Positions 63,047 to 64,000 of a DNA stretch of 64,000 nt are shown here, in pieces (position 1 is the stretch's first letter; each line of letters begins with the position of its first letter). A program made the translations under genes and the position numbers. The DNA is from the human T2T-CHM13v2.0 reference genome, Homo sapiens, in the NCBI RefSeq assembly GCF_009914755.1, contig NC_060947.1; one strand, written 5' to 3'. The notes below the pieces were generated by a model. It was not told the origin of the DNA, did not search any database, and saw only the letters and a program-made list of their open reading frames with translations.

Positions 63047-64000
63047 CCTCCCGAGTTTGATATGGTCACTACTTCCAGAGAAACCTGCCTTCACTAACTA
63101 GCTGCTGTTTTTTTTTTTTCTGTACCCTCATGTGCACATATGAGTGGAGTGCCACACTCTTATAGCCACTACCATCGCCACTCTTTCTGAGACCGGATCT
63201 CAAAAATAATCTCACCATTGCCGTTACTCTTTGGCCCTGCCATCTACTTTATAATTTTCTACTCTTTAAGTTTTGCTTAGAACAATTTTCTATATCTACC
63301 TAGTTGGATCAAGGACTGGGTTTGGATTAATAAGTTTAAATTCGGTCCAAACTGGTAAAAAAAAAAAAAAAAAGGAGGCACACAGCCATCCCTCTACATT
63401 TGGAGACCCTTACTGCTTCCAAAGGAATCCTCCCTAACACATCCACACTGCTGAAGCTAAAGAGTCTGTGTTTAGGTCCCCCAAATCCAAATTTTATATA
63501 GGCCTTGTTTCATCCCAACAGATATACTACTCTTTCTTGCCTGATAAGAGAAAGAAGCCTAGACCAATGAAATTAAGTCCACCATGGAAGGAAAGGTGGC
63601 CCCTTTAAGAACATGGAATGGTCTGGAACCCTTGATTCTGCCCACTATGACAACAGGAAGCAAAGGTCAGAGGGACTGGCCATAGGCACATGTGAAGCTT
63701 TCTTGCCAATCTTCATTGAACTCACACTTCAAAAGTCATGGTTTTCTCTTTGTTTTATTGTAATTTTCTGTTTTATTATAAAGAAGATTGCAGAAAAGAG
63801 GCAGAATAGGAGAGCTGAAAGACAAAAAAAGAGTATCTAAACAACAGAGGACACATACTGGGTCTGTCTTTTTTTTCCTGTTTGTATCGGTTTGTCTTTT
63901 CATATAATACTTAACCTCTATCTTACCCTTGATATCATTACCAATCTAAGAATCTCTACCCCTCAAGGGTGGTTGTGGGCATTAGATGAAACTTAGGAGT

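Overview
Primate (ape/human-type) nuclear DNA that is AT-rich, has no CpG island and is dominated by interspersed repeats. It holds a near full-length L1PA3/4 (1-5968) with an open ORF1, an open ORF0 and a dead ORF2. It also holds several nested older L1PA/L1PB/L1MA elements, Alu/FLAM/FRAM, L2, CR1/L3, MIR, a MaLR LTR and DNA transposon relics (MER1B, MER3, MER5A, MER94, Tigger). Nearly all ORFs in the supplied track are TE fragments. The main non-TE signal is a chain of + strand exon-like segments. Those at 6208-6279 and 6680-6871 splice in phase to give the split EGF module plus transmembrane helix and basic stop-transfer typical of ErbB-ligand/meprin/IMPG2/membrane-mucin type proteins. Further phase-compatible candidate cytoplasmic-tail exons lie at 9.3, 10.9, 24.5 and 33.9 kb and carry stops or a frameshift. 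This looks like the 3' half of a decayed, possibly unitary, pseudogene that I cannot name. Repeat subfamily calls come from recalled consensus features, not alignments, and boundaries of old repeats are approximate.
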